From positions 1-42,118 of IMG/VR virus record IMGVR_UViG_3300037470_000209: a stretch of 42,118 nt of DNA. The stretch is one strand, 5' to 3'. The translations under genes and the position numbers were made by a program. Source of the stretch: a virus. Lineage: Duplodnaviria; Caudoviricetes. Each line of letters opens with the position of its first letter. Positions within the stretch are counted from its first letter, which is position 1. The notes under the pieces are model-generated. The model did not search any database, was not told the DNA's origin, and worked only from the letters and a program-made list of their open reading frames with translations. Positions 9,070 to 18,680 of the stretch are shown piece after piece.

Positions 9070-9890
9070 TGGTGAAGTTCTATGGCCGCGCCTCGATCTC
9101 TGAGGAGCAAGCGGCGCGGCACATAGAGCATACCAAGACGTTGGGGCTGCCCCGGGCAGAGGACACCCTGCTACATGACCGCCCCCTGGCAGTGCTGGGG
9201 GGCGGACCATCCATAAATTCAACTGTTGAAACACTGCGCTGCTGGCCGGGCGATATCTGGGCCATCAACGGGGCGTTCAACTGGTGTGTCGTTCAACAGT
9301 TGAACGCTACGTATGTCTCGGCCGATCCCCAGCCTTTGGTCGGGGATGCAAGGCTTGGCCCGGAAGATTCCGCCCTGCTTGCGGAGGTCTGCGATCCCTC
9401 GGTTTGGGAGCGGCTTGGGCACGCTCGAATCACGACGTTTGAAATGAGCTTCAAGACCGGCGTTGGTCCGTCCACGGCAACCTACTGCCTGGGGCTGGGT
9501 CCGAAGCTCGGATATCGGCAACTCACCTATTTCGGATGCGAGGGTAGCTTCGTGGAACAGCGACACGCTTACGACGCCCCGCAGGACTACATGGGGGCAA
9601 TGGTGGTGCGGGTCGGCGGCGAGGAGTTCACAACGTCACCGGCCCTGTTGATCCAGTCCGAGGTGCTTGCCTCGCTCATCCGCAAGTTTCCTGAGGTCTA
9701 CCGGGAGCAATCCGGCGGGCTGCTGTCCGCCCTTGTCGAGCACGGCAAGTGGGAGCCGGTTTCGGTCGATCCTTCGTTGCAGCCCAGAGAGCGCGAGCGG
9801 GGGGATTTCGAGTATCACGGCGGCATGTGTCCGTTTGACGAGCCGCTGTTCGAGCCAGCCAGCCCATTGGAATACCAGGCGTCGAAATGA
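9069..9890 (+). CDS. Maf/DUF115 (MptE-like) Rossmann-fold transferase, possible glycosyltransferase
   Basis: LAVLGGGPSI...IWAINGA...ADP...LGYRQLTYFGCE pattern typical of DUF115/GT42-like folds; translationally coupled within the head operon. Confidence 0.65.
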   Translation: MVKFYGRASISEEQAARHIEHTKTLGLPRAEDTLLHDRPLAVLGGGPSINSTVETLRCWPGDIWAINGAFNWCVVQQLNATYVSADPQPLVGDARLGPEDSALLAEVCDPSVWERLGHARITTFEMSFKTGVGPSTATYCLGLGPKLGYRQLTYFGCEGSFVEQRHAYDAPQDYMGAMVVRVGGEEFTTSPALLIQSEVLASLIRKFPEVYREQSGGLLSALVEHGKWEPVSVDPSLQPRERERGDFEYHGGMCPFDEPLFEPASPLEYQASK

Positions 9891-10525
9891 CAACCTTCTC
9901 CGACCTCAAGGCCAACATTGCCGACGACCTCAACCGCACCGACCTGACGACGCAGATCAACACGCGTGTCCTGCGGGCGGTCGGGTACTACGCCAACAAG
10001 GAGTTCTGGTTCAATCGCGCACAAGCGACGGCATCGACCGTGGCGGGACAGGAGCTATATGCGCTGCCTACCGATTTCATGGCCCCGTACCGGATGCAAT
10101 TGACGGACGGCACGCTGAAAGAGCCGCTGGTCCGCGTCGCCAATAACTGGTTGAACGCCTACTTCGAGACGGAGACTCGGTCCCGCCCGACCCATTGGTC
10201 GATCCTTGCCAATCAGATCCGGCTCCGGCCGCTCCCCGATGCGGTCTACACGCTCACCCTGACCTACCGCAAGGAGCTGACCGCGCTTTCCGGCGCCAGC
10301 GATACCAACGCTTGGACCGAAGACGCGGAGATGCTGATTCACTACCGGACGTGCTGGGATATCTATCAGCACATCATCCGGGACCAGGGCATGGCGCAGG
10401 CGTGCAAGGCATCCGAGATGGAGCAGCTTCATTGCCTGATGCGGCGCAATACCGAGATTGTCTCGGCCGGGCGGCTAAATACCGAGTTGGGCGGGGCGAG
10501 AAGCTACAACATCAATTACGACTGA
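9887..10525 (+). CDS. Head-tail adaptor protein
   Basis: TFSDLKANIADDLNRTDL, Y-LP-DF, RP-PD-VYTL, N-WT motifs; position after the coat gene. Confidence 0.8.
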   Translation: MTTFSDLKANIADDLNRTDLTTQINTRVLRAVGYYANKEFWFNRAQATASTVAGQELYALPTDFMAPYRMQLTDGTLKEPLVRVANNWLNAYFETETRSRPTHWSILANQIRLRPLPDAVYTLTLTYRKELTALSGASDTNAWTEDAEMLIHYRTCWDIYQHIIRDQGMAQACKASEMEQLHCLMRRNTEIVSAGRLNTELGGARSYNINYD

Positions 10526-10597
10526 CCGGCCTGAGGCTATCAGGCATTGGCGCGAGTGAGCGCCGTTTATCCACACACATTTTGAGAGGGCAAACCG

Positions 10598-10765
10598 ATG
10601 AAGGTCATGACGACCACTGTCGCCTATGACGATGAGGGCAATGAGCTTGGCGGGCGTTCTGTCTGGGGCTGTGGCCTGACCGGTGCAGAGCGCAATGTCT
10701 GGCACCAGACCCAGCTCGACGCCGAAGCGGCCTTGCTGGCCGCGAGCAACGCGCTGGCCGACTAG
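10598..10765 (+). CDS. Hypothetical protein (55 aa)
   Basis: GAGAGG RBS; MKVMTTTVAYDDEG...LAD*; below the ORF track cutoff. Confidence 0.5.
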   Translation: MKVMTTTVAYDDEGNELGGRSVWGCGLTGAERNVWHQTQLDAEAALLAASNALAD

Positions 10766-10771
10766 TGACCC

Positions 10772-11047
10772 ATGTACGGCGCCAGTCTGGAATGGCTGGC
10801 GCCGTCACTCTGCGGCATCCGGGCCGGCTATGGGCACCGGACGCACGGCGACCGCTGGACCTATAGCGCGGTTGCCAGAATTCGCGGTCCTGTCGCGCTG
10901 ATAAAGCTCGGCAACGGTCGCGGCTCCCGACGATCCAACTACCGCAGTCAACGCGCGGTTCTCGCCCTGCTTCGGGCCGAGGGCATCCGTCGTGCGTGGT
11001 GGAAACGTGACCCGCGCTCCGGCGCAATAAGCAAGGTGAGGCTGTAA
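10772..11047 (+). CDS. Hypothetical basic protein
   Basis: Stop codon overlaps the next start (TAATG). Confidence 0.45.
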   Translation: MYGASLEWLAPSLCGIRAGYGHRTHGDRWTYSAVARIRGPVALIKLGNGRGSRRSNYRSQRAVLALLRAEGIRRAWWKRDPRSGAISKVRL

Positions 11048-11466
11048 TGGCGGCGTTCAACAAGTTTGACCAGTTCGTTGAAGATCTGGCCTCCGGCGTT
11101 CATCAGCTCCATGCCGCCGGACACACTCTCAAGGTGTATCTGTCGAACGCCGCGCCGTCAGCTTCGGCCGATGCGATAAAGACGGACCTTGCCGAGATCA
11201 CGAATCAGAACGGCTACACTGCGCCGGTCGATATCCAGAATGACATGACGCAAACCAGTGGAACCGCGACCGTCACGGCCGTTGATGTGGTTATCACGGC
11301 CACTGGTGCAGTCGGCCCGTTCCAGTACGCCGTGATCTACAACGACACGCCGACTAGCCCTGCCGACCCGCTGATCGGTTGGTACGACAACGGCTCCCCG
11401 GTCACGCTGGCGGACACGGAAACCTTCACAATCGACTTCGGTTCGAGCCTGATGACCATCGTATAG
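11047..11466 (+). CDS. Tail-associated structural protein
   Basis: MAAFNKFDQFVEDL...GPFQYAVIYNDT...LIGWYD-GS-VTLA, a type commonly found upstream of phage fibre genes. Confidence 0.75.
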   Translation: MAAFNKFDQFVEDLASGVHQLHAAGHTLKVYLSNAAPSASADAIKTDLAEITNQNGYTAPVDIQNDMTQTSGTATVTAVDVVITATGAVGPFQYAVIYNDTPTSPADPLIGWYDNGSPVTLADTETFTIDFGSSLMTIV

Positions 11467-11492
11467 GTCCGTGCGGGTGAGGGTCTAGATCA

Positions 11493-13979
11493 ATGGCAAC
11501 TCTCACCAGCGTCGATCTTGGCGCCACCGGCCGATATATAGAGCTGGACGGCGCTGCGCTCGATAACGTCGGCTCCAAGACCATCATGGCCCTAGTCCGG
11601 CCGGACACGCTGGGCGATAGCAATTTCGGCTACCTCAAGGGCAAGACGCCAACCGGCTCTATCAACGGCGAGCGGCTGTTTCCGTCCAGCGGAGTGGGAT
11701 GGACCTATGCGTTCCATTCGACGGGTACGGCCGGGTCGCCCACGCGCGCAACGGCAAACAGCTCATTCGTTGTAGATTCGTGGCAGTGCGTCGCGTGCTC
11801 GCACGATGGCTCGCTTACCGCTGCAAATATCCACATCTACTACGCCGTAGCGGATGTCGGTGGGGACATTGGCGACCTCGCCGAGGAAACAAGCTACTCG
11901 GCCACGACCAACGGCACGACGGCTTTCTACGACGACAGCGCCCATCCAACTTTCCTGATGAACCGCTTCGGCCTCGGCCGGGCGTTCGTTGGTGACTATG
12001 CTTGGTTCGCGGAATGGGACCGCGTCCTAAACCTCACCGAGATCAATCAGGCCAAGGCGGACGGCCCGCTGTCGGTTCCGACCGGCCTGATCTACGTCTA
12101 TGCCAACGGGCAGATTTACGACCCGAACGCCTCGGGCGTGACGATTGTGGACCGCTCGACGCGGGTTGAGGGCACGCTGCCGAACAACCTGAATCTCGGC
12201 GGTGACACCACGCTCACTGCGGACTCCGGCTCCTACACCGTTACGGGCACAGCGGCGACGCTGACCTATGCCAGTCCGAACACGACGCTAACCGCTGATT
12301 CAGGCAGCTTCGCCGTTACCGGGACGGCGGCGACCCTCACCTATGGTGAGGCCGCACCGGTAATTGAAGGCGGGTTCGAGGAATGCTCCGTTGACCTCGC
12401 CGGGTCGAGCGTTTCGGGTGTTGGCAGCGCCGCGACGATCACGATCAAGCCGGCCCAGCAGGAAACCGAGGCCGTCAGTGGTACGACGCGCAAGCGGTGG
12501 CTGAACCCATATTTCCGGGTGGCCAGCGTTCTGAACAAGCGCCCGACCTTTGAATTGCTGGACTACGCCGCGACCGCTGCGGACGGGAAATATCACGGCG
12601 CGCCCTGGCAGGCCGGTCGTCGGATGGTGTTTTCCTACGACCCGGACGACCCGGATGCGTGGGTTCATTTCGATACCGCTCATACTGTCGGCGCGAGCAC
12701 GATTGAGTTCCGCCATTCGACGGCATTTACGCAGTCCCCAGTCTATGTCGCGTGGTCCCCGCGCTTCTCGGTCACGCAGTTCGGCCAGCGGCTTGAAGAT
12801 CTGGCTACCGCGTTTCCAACGATGGTCCTGCCGACCGATGCGTCCCTTGCAACGGTTCCGTCCGAGATATCGGGCTTTCCGGCGCAGTCCTTCATTGTCG
12901 GCATGTACACGGCCCAGACCGACGACCTCAGCAATGCGATACCGGAAACGCCGCTCTATGCATGGTGGATCAACGACCCCGCGTTGACGCCAGCCACCGG
13001 GTCAAAGCGCACCATGGCGTTGACCATGGGCAACCACGGCGGCGAACCGCTCGGCGACCTGAACGCATTCGAGGGGATAGAGTTCCTTTGCAGTTCCGAT
13101 ACGCAGGCGCAAAACGTCCGGCAGCATGCTCAGGCCTTGTGTCTCGGTCCGATCAATGCGCCCGGACGTTACGGCGGCGGCTGGCGTGGCTCTTTCACGC
13201 AAGGTCCGGGCGGGATTGATGACGCAAACCGGAACTTTACCGGCGCGTCGGCAAATTCGGGACTTGAAATCGTCGACAAGCCGATGCAGGTCCTGCTTGA
13301 CGTGCTGCCTCCCGTGGTCCAGGTGGCAATAGACCATCACGGCGCGTACAGCACGAAGTTCGGCATCTACACTGACGTTGCCAGCCACGACGCATTCCTA
13401 GCTGCCCTCGATCCCTACGTTACGGCGTCGATTTCCGACAAGGGCACGTCGGCGATCGGCGATGTCGAGCAGTGGTTTGCCGACAACTACAACTCGACGT
13501 TCTATGTGACCTACGAGTCCGGCGAGCCGACGCCCATGACGACGGGCGAGCGCACGGAATGGTCGCAGGCGTTCGTCAAGGCCGTTTCCGACCTCATTAC
13601 CTCCGGCGCAATCCCGGCAACGTTCTCGCTCATCGCGGCAAGTGGGTCGTTCTCGGTCACGGGCACGGCGGCGGCGCTCACATACGGGTCGGCGTCTGTC
13701 CTGACAGCCGATTCCGGCAGCTTTGCAATCTCAGGCACGGCCGCGACGCTGAAATATGGGGCCGCAACGGTCCTGACAGCGGCGTCCGGCAGCTTCACGG
13801 TTTCGGGGACCGCCGCGACGTTCGTGCGGGACTATGTGTTCACGGCCGCGTCAGGCAGCTTCGTGATTACGGGGGTGGCGGCGACCTTGACGAAAAGCAG
13901 CGGCATATGGACGCCGATAGATGCGGCTAACGACTCCTGGGCTTCGGTCGCAGAGGTAACGGGGACGAGTTGGACATGA
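11493..13979 (+). CDS. Modular tail/fibre protein: LamG-like domain, repeats, M14 zinc carboxypeptidase, repeats
   Basis: WQCVACSHDG...WDRVL-LTEI (LamG-like); NHGGE, NAPG, DANRNF, IDHHG and YES (M14 motifs); six LTAxSGSF-VTGTAATL repeats. Confidence 0.75.
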   Translation: MATLTSVDLGATGRYIELDGAALDNVGSKTIMALVRPDTLGDSNFGYLKGKTPTGSINGERLFPSSGVGWTYAFHSTGTAGSPTRATANSSFVVDSWQCVACSHDGSLTAANIHIYYAVADVGGDIGDLAEETSYSATTNGTTAFYDDSAHPTFLMNRFGLGRAFVGDYAWFAEWDRVLNLTEINQAKADGPLSVPTGLIYVYANGQIYDPNASGVTIVDRSTRVEGTLPNNLNLGGDTTLTADSGSYTVTGTAATLTYASPNTTLTADSGSFAVTGTAATLTYGEAAPVIEGGFEECSVDLAGSSVSGVGSAATITIKPAQQETEAVSGTTRKRWLNPYFRVASVLNKRPTFELLDYAATAADGKYHGAPWQAGRRMVFSYDPDDPDAWVHFDTAHTVGASTIEFRHSTAFTQSPVYVAWSPRFSVTQFGQRLEDLATAFPTMVLPTDASLATVPSEISGFPAQSFIVGMYTAQTDDLSNAIPETPLYAWWINDPALTPATGSKRTMALTMGNHGGEPLGDLNAFEGIEFLCSSDTQAQNVRQHAQALCLGPINAPGRYGGGWRGSFTQGPGGIDDANRNFTGASANSGLEIVDKPMQVLLDVLPPVVQVAIDHHGAYSTKFGIYTDVASHDAFLAALDPYVTASISDKGTSAIGDVEQWFADNYNSTFYVTYESGEPTPMTTGERTEWSQAFVKAVSDLITSGAIPATFSLIAASGSFSVTGTAAALTYGSASVLTADSGSFAISGTAATLKYGAATVLTAASGSFTVSGTAATFVRDYVFTAASGSFVITGVAATLTKSSGIWTPIDAANDSWASVAEVTGTSWT

Positions 13980-15418
13980 TCCCTTTCGGCGAGTGGCGCC
14001 CTGACCTCCCCGACTTCCAACACCCCGGCGCGACGGAAGCGAAGAACGTCATACCGGACTTCAATTCCTATCGGCCCTTTCCCGCCAAACACACGGTATC
14101 TCCTGTCTCTGGCGCGCCGGCAACAGATGTCACGGGCGCGTTCTATTCGGAAACCCCGCCGACTTCGCTTGCCACGCTCGGCGAGGGATTCGTCTATGCC
14201 GGGACGGCGACAAAGCTGCATCGCTACTGGCTGGATAGCACCACTGTCGGCAGCGACACGTGGTCGGACGTGACTCGGACAACGGTCGGAGATTACACCT
14301 CCGGCCAATGGCAGTTTGCCAAGTTCGGCACGCGCATCATTGCGGTCAACGGGGCGGACGGGCCGCAGAGCTACGTTGAGGGCTCGTCGACCGATTTCGC
14401 GGCCTTGGCGGGCTCACCCCCTACGGGTGCGCGGTTCGTGTCGGTTGTCCGCGACTTCGTGAACATGGCGCCGAACGGCAACACACAGCATTGGTCTGCT
14501 ATCAACGACCCCGAGGACTGGACGCCATCGGCCACGACCCAGAGCGACACGCAGACGGTTCCAGAGGGCGGCATCATCACCGGCCTTGCGGGCGGCGAAT
14601 ACGGCCTGACCTTCATGGAAAACGCCATCTACCGGCAGACCTATATCGGCTCGCCCCTGATTTTCCAGTTTGATCGGATCACTTCGCTCATCGGCATGTC
14701 CAATGGCAATGGCCTCGCTCAACATGAGGACATGGTGTTCTTTCATTCGGGAGAGGGCTTTTTTGTCATCAAGGGCGGGCAGCAGATTATCCCCATTGGC
14801 GAGGGGAAGGTCGACCGCTACGTCATCAACGAGACACAGGCGACCAGCACCATAACGGGCGCCATCGATCCGTTTCGCAAGATTTATGTCGCGCGGTTGA
14901 CCCGGACGGCCGACGACTTCGAGCAGCATGAATTGCTTATCTACCACTGGCCGTCCGGCCGATGGTCTCGGGTGGAACTGGCGGTGGAGGCCGATGAGTT
15001 CACATTCCTCTTTTCCGCCAAGAGCGACAAGAACAGCGGCGTTATAGATTTCATGTCCCTCGGCGCATTCGAGGGCAGCACGTTTTACGACTTCTCGACC
15101 TTCCACAGCGGCAACATGGCCGCCGTTCTGGAAACCACGGAGGCGCAGATCTTCCCCGGCCGCCGAGCCTTCGTCCAAGGTGTGCGTCCGATTATCGATG
15201 GCGGGACGGATGCGAATATTACCGTCGCCCTCGCCGCACGTGCTGCGCCCAACGACACGGTGTCGTTCGGATCGGCGGTTGCCATGAACAGCTCCGGCTT
15301 GTCGCCGCAGCGCTCGTCAGGCCGCTTTCACCGAGCACAGGTCAATGTTGCTGCCGGCGCTTCGTGGACCCATGCCCAAGGCATTGACGTTGAGGCCGTG
15401 CCCGAGGGCAGCCGATGA
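13976..15418 (+). CDS. Tail nozzle / DNA stabilization protein (P22 gp10-like beta-propeller)
   Basis: MIPFGEWRPD start, WSAINDP-DW and IG-GKVDRY motifs; size and position. Confidence 0.8.
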   Translation: MIPFGEWRPDLPDFQHPGATEAKNVIPDFNSYRPFPAKHTVSPVSGAPATDVTGAFYSETPPTSLATLGEGFVYAGTATKLHRYWLDSTTVGSDTWSDVTRTTVGDYTSGQWQFAKFGTRIIAVNGADGPQSYVEGSSTDFAALAGSPPTGARFVSVVRDFVNMAPNGNTQHWSAINDPEDWTPSATTQSDTQTVPEGGIITGLAGGEYGLTFMENAIYRQTYIGSPLIFQFDRITSLIGMSNGNGLAQHEDMVFFHSGEGFFVIKGGQQIIPIGEGKVDRYVINETQATSTITGAIDPFRKIYVARLTRTADDFEQHELLIYHWPSGRWSRVELAVEADEFTFLFSAKSDKNSGVIDFMSLGAFEGSTFYDFSTFHSGNMAAVLETTEAQIFPGRRAFVQGVRPIIDGGTDANITVALAARAAPNDTVSFGSAVAMNSSGLSPQRSSGRFHRAQVNVAAGASWTHAQGIDVEAVPEGSR

Positions 15419-16452
15419 CCGGCTATACCGGTCCGACCCTGCCGAGCAGCGGGAACGGCCAGACGGACGGCGTATTCCGCCGGCTGGTTGACTGGCTCAT
15501 GTCCACGCCCATGCAGGGGCACCTGAACGCCTCGGGGCTGGCGGACATCGCCGGGCTTACGCCGACAGACGGCAATATCATTGTAGGGGATGGGACCAAC
15601 TTCGTTGCCGAGAGTGGGGCGACCGCAAGGGCCTCTCTGGGGCTCACCATCGGGACGGATGTCCAGGCGTGGGATGCGGACCTTGATACCGTGGCCGGGC
15701 TTGCCAAGACGGACGGGAATTTCATTGTCGGCAACGGTTCGGCATGGGTTGCCGAGTCAGGAGCAACGGCCCGCGCCTCATTGGGCCTGACTATCGGCAC
15801 TGACGTTCAGGCATTCGATGCACAGCTTGCCGATGTAGCCGGGCTGGCTGTTACCGATGGGAATTTCATCGTCGGGAACGGTACGAACTTTGTTGCTGAG
15901 TCGGGCGCCACGGCGAGAACTTCCCTCGGGCTAGGCAGCCTCGCGACACTAAGCAGCATTAATGACGGCAACTGGTCCGGGACCGATCTTGCGGTTACGA
16001 ACGGCGGCACCGGGGCGAGTACAGCCGCAGACGCATTCACTGCGCTGAAACAGGCGGCAAGCGATACGGCAACGGGCGTCGTCGAGATAGCCGATCAAAC
16101 GGAGATGGAGGCCGGGTCCTCAACGGTGCTCGCCGTCACGCCCGGTCGGCAGCATCTACACCCCGGGATGCCCAAAGCGTGGGGGCGGGTTTCGGAGTCC
16201 GCCGGCACCTACACCTTGGAAGCAAGTTACAACGTCACGTCGATCAACAAGGTGGGGACAGGGCAGGTTACCGTCACTCTCGCAACGGACTTCTCATCGG
16301 CGGATTATTGCGTGCTGGTGACGAGTGCTCCGGGTGCAGTGGGCGCGGCCGGCAGCCTTGCGGTCGGTAGTTTCTCAGCGCGCGTTGCTCTGACATCGGA
16401 CGGGAGCGCCACGGATGCGCAATTCTTCTTTGCCTGTTTTGGAGATCAATGA
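15415..16452 (+). CDS. Tail fibre protein with 48-aa tandem repeats
   Basis: Three TDGNFIVG-G-FVAESGATARASLGL repeats; L-V-NGGTGA motif; C-terminal KAW...SYNVTSI-K-GTG domain. Confidence 0.8.
   Translation: MTGYTGPTLPSSGNGQTDGVFRRLVDWLMSTPMQGHLNASGLADIAGLTPTDGNIIVGDGTNFVAESGATARASLGLTIGTDVQAWDADLDTVAGLAKTDGNFIVGNGSAWVAESGATARASLGLTIGTDVQAFDAQLADVAGLAVTDGNFIVGNGTNFVAESGATARTSLGLGSLATLSSINDGNWSGTDLAVTNGGTGASTAADAFTALKQAASDTATGVVEIADQTEMEAGSSTVLAVTPGRQHLHPGMPKAWGRVSESAGTYTLEASYNVTSINKVGTGQVTVTLATDFSSADYCVLVTSAPGAVGAAGSLAVGSFSARVALTSDGSATDAQFFFACFGDQ
15565..15935 (+). repeat. 144-bp-period coding repeats (units start at 15565, 15709, 15853)
   Basis: Near-identical peptides encoded by divergent codons. 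Confidence 0.9.
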
Positions 16453-17507
16453 GCATGCCCAGCCCGTTCGAGACATTTCAGCAGCGCTTTAGCGGCCCGC
16501 CGCTACAGCCCTACAACCCGTTCCAGGGCGCCCCTCAGTACAGCAGCGCCTACACGCCGGGGGCCTTTGGCGGCCTGCCGGGCGTGCCCGGAGCGGGGGC
16601 GGCCCCGCCCCCTGGTGGGGGAGGCCTGTTGACCTCGCCCCCTGGCGGCGGGGGCGGTGAGGGCGGGCGCGAGAATGAGGCCGGACAGGGCGGGGGCGGA
16701 ATGCCGTTCGGTCACTCCGCAGTTGATATGGGCTCGGGCGACGAACTGCTTGGCATCGGCGGATTTCTCGCGGGCGGTGTCCCTGGACTTCTGGCCGGCG
16801 CCGTTAATAGCGGCATCCGCGCAAATAACCTCAGCTATCGCGACAACGTTCTTGAGGGGCTAGGAACGGCCGGCCTTTCCCCCGGGCAGCAGCTCGGCGG
16901 CGTCACGGGGCTCAATAGCTACGGCGAGGGCCACGGCCTGCTGAATGACGCGGGCGTGAACATCGGCGGGCGCAATTACGGCGTGTCAATCGCGGGCGAT
17001 CCGACTCAGGGCGGCGGGGTCATTGACGGCCGCACCACACTCACCGTTGACGAGGCGCAGAAGCGCTTCAACACGCTGGGGCCAACTGCCCCTGGCGGCC
17101 TTCTCTCAGCCCCCACGCAGCAGCCTGCGGGCGGCTTGCTGACAACGCCCTCAACGCCCGGCATGGCAACGCCTGCGGCCCCCACCAAGGCCCCGGCGGC
17201 TCCCAAGGCCACACAGGCTCAGATATCCGCCGCCCGCTCGGCTGCGGTCAAGGCCGGCCCGTTGGCGCGTGAGGCGTTCGATGCGTCCATGCGCAGCCTT
17301 GGCGCGAACCCCACGGCCAGCCAATTGAGCCAAGCCGGCCAGCTCGCCAAGTCGGGCCGGAGCATGCAGCAGGGCACGGCCGGGGTTTCCGGATCTCAGA
17401 TCAAGGGCGGGCAGACGGTCGGTAACAACCCGAATGATAGGTCCGGGCGTAACAAGGGCGCGCCGTCCAAGGCGGGGGCGGGCGGGCGTCTCGGGGGCGG
17501 TGTGTGA
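16449..17507 (+). CDS. Gly/Pro-rich putative internal virion protein
   Basis: Low-complexity 352 aa, coupled within the tail operon. Confidence 0.65.
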   Translation: MSMPSPFETFQQRFSGPPLQPYNPFQGAPQYSSAYTPGAFGGLPGVPGAGAAPPPGGGGLLTSPPGGGGGEGGRENEAGQGGGGMPFGHSAVDMGSGDELLGIGGFLAGGVPGLLAGAVNSGIRANNLSYRDNVLEGLGTAGLSPGQQLGGVTGLNSYGEGHGLLNDAGVNIGGRNYGVSIAGDPTQGGGVIDGRTTLTVDEAQKRFNTLGPTAPGGLLSAPTQQPAGGLLTTPSTPGMATPAAPTKAPAAPKATQAQISAARSAAVKAGPLAREAFDASMRSLGANPTASQLSQAGQLAKSGRSMQQGTAGVSGSQIKGGQTVGNNPNDRSGRNKGAPSKAGAGGRLGGGV

Positions 17508-17917
17508 CGCAGCTAACGACTGTTCAGTCCTACCGCATCAAGGCGGAATGGCCGAAGCTTCTCCCGTTCATCCGCAAGGCGCTCTCGGTCGATACGGGGC
17601 GCTACACCGAGGCCAGCATCTTCGACGCGCTGCTTGAGCGGCAAATGCAGCTTTGGGCCGCCATCGATCCGGAGGACGGCCGCCGGCTCCTTGCAATCTG
17701 CATCACCGAAATTCGGAACTACCCCGGCAAGAAGGTGGGAACGGTGTTCCTCTGCGCCGGGGCAGGCATGGCGGGTTGGCTTCCGTATCTTGCCGATATC
17801 GAGGCGTGGTTCCGGGTGAAGGGCTGTAGGGAAGTCGACATATACGGCCGCAAGGGTTGGGCAAAGATGCTCCCCGATTACACGTTTGCGCGCGTGCTTC
17901 TGCGAAAGGAATTGTGA
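17504..17917 (+). CDS. GNAT-like virion assembly protein (P22 gp14/T7 gp13 position)
   Basis: ITEI-NYP-KK...IEAWFR-KGC-EV-IYGRKGW motif. Confidence 0.75.
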   Translation: MTQLTTVQSYRIKAEWPKLLPFIRKALSVDTGRYTEASIFDALLERQMQLWAAIDPEDGRRLLAICITEIRNYPGKKVGTVFLCAGAGMAGWLPYLADIEAWFRVKGCREVDIYGRKGWAKMLPDYTFARVLLRKEL

Positions 17918-17918
17918 C

Positions 17919-18680
17919 ATGGACGGTGGCGGCGGCAACACCACGACGGTGCAGAACAGCGAGGCGCCCGAATATGCGCAGCCCTACATCAAGTACGGCT
18001 TGGGCGAGGCGCAGAACCTCTATAATTCGAGCCTGCCGAGCTACTATCCCGGCTCGACGCTGGCGGCCCAAAGCCCGACCACGCAGGCGGGTATCGGTGC
18101 GCTCGCCAACAGGGGCATGGCCGGCAGTCCCCTCGTGGCGGGCGCACAGGCCCAGCAGGCGGGCACTATCGGCGGCCAGCACTTGGCAAGCAATCCGATG
18201 CAAGACGCGGTGTACGGCAATGTCTCTTCCAAGGTGCTGCCGAGCGTCAACAGCCAGTTTTCCGGCGCCGGCCGGTACGGATCTAACGCGCACCAGAACC
18301 AGTTGGTCGACCAGCTCACCAACGCCTACGCGCCGTATGCCAGCCAGAACTACCAGTTCGAGCGCAGCAATCAGGAAGCCGCGTCGCGCGCCGCACCCGG
18401 CTTGGCCGGTGCGGACTACCAGGACATCCAGGCCGTACTCGGGGCAGGCCAGATGCAGGACCAGTACGGCCAGCAGCAGGTGAACGCGGACATCGCGCGG
18501 CATGATTTCGCGCAGAACATCCCGGCGCAGAAGCTGGCGCAGTACATGGCGATGATCAACGGCGGCACGGTCGGCGGCACGGTGACGAGCCAGCAGCCTA
18601 ATCAGAACAACACGCTCGGCCAGTTGGGCGGGCTGTTGCTCGGCGGCGCGGGGCTCGGGATGCAGGGAGGGTTGTTCTAA
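17919..18680 (+). CDS. Internal virion / DNA ejection protein (gp7-like)
   Basis: MDGGGGNTTTVQ start, QF--AGRYGS motif, hydrophobic Gly-rich C-terminus. Confidence 0.75.
   Translation: MDGGGGNTTTVQNSEAPEYAQPYIKYGLGEAQNLYNSSLPSYYPGSTLAAQSPTTQAGIGALANRGMAGSPLVAGAQAQQAGTIGGQHLASNPMQDAVYGNVSSKVLPSVNSQFSGAGRYGSNAHQNQLVDQLTNAYAPYASQNYQFERSNQEAASRAAPGLAGADYQDIQAVLGAGQMQDQYGQQQVNADIARHDFAQNIPAQKLAQYMAMINGGTVGGTVTSQQPNQNNTLGQLGGLLLGGAGLGMQGGLF

Noticed and set aside
10588-10615. GGCAAACC as the start of a c-di-GMP-I riboswitch
   Set aside because: The GAAA loop, GACGCAAAG and P2 are missing; it is simply the RBS and start of a small ORF
12205-13895. Fibre repeats as a DGR TR/VR pair or a CRISPR array
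   Set aside because: They are in-frame coding repeats with differences not restricted to adenines; no reverse transcriptase or cas gene is present
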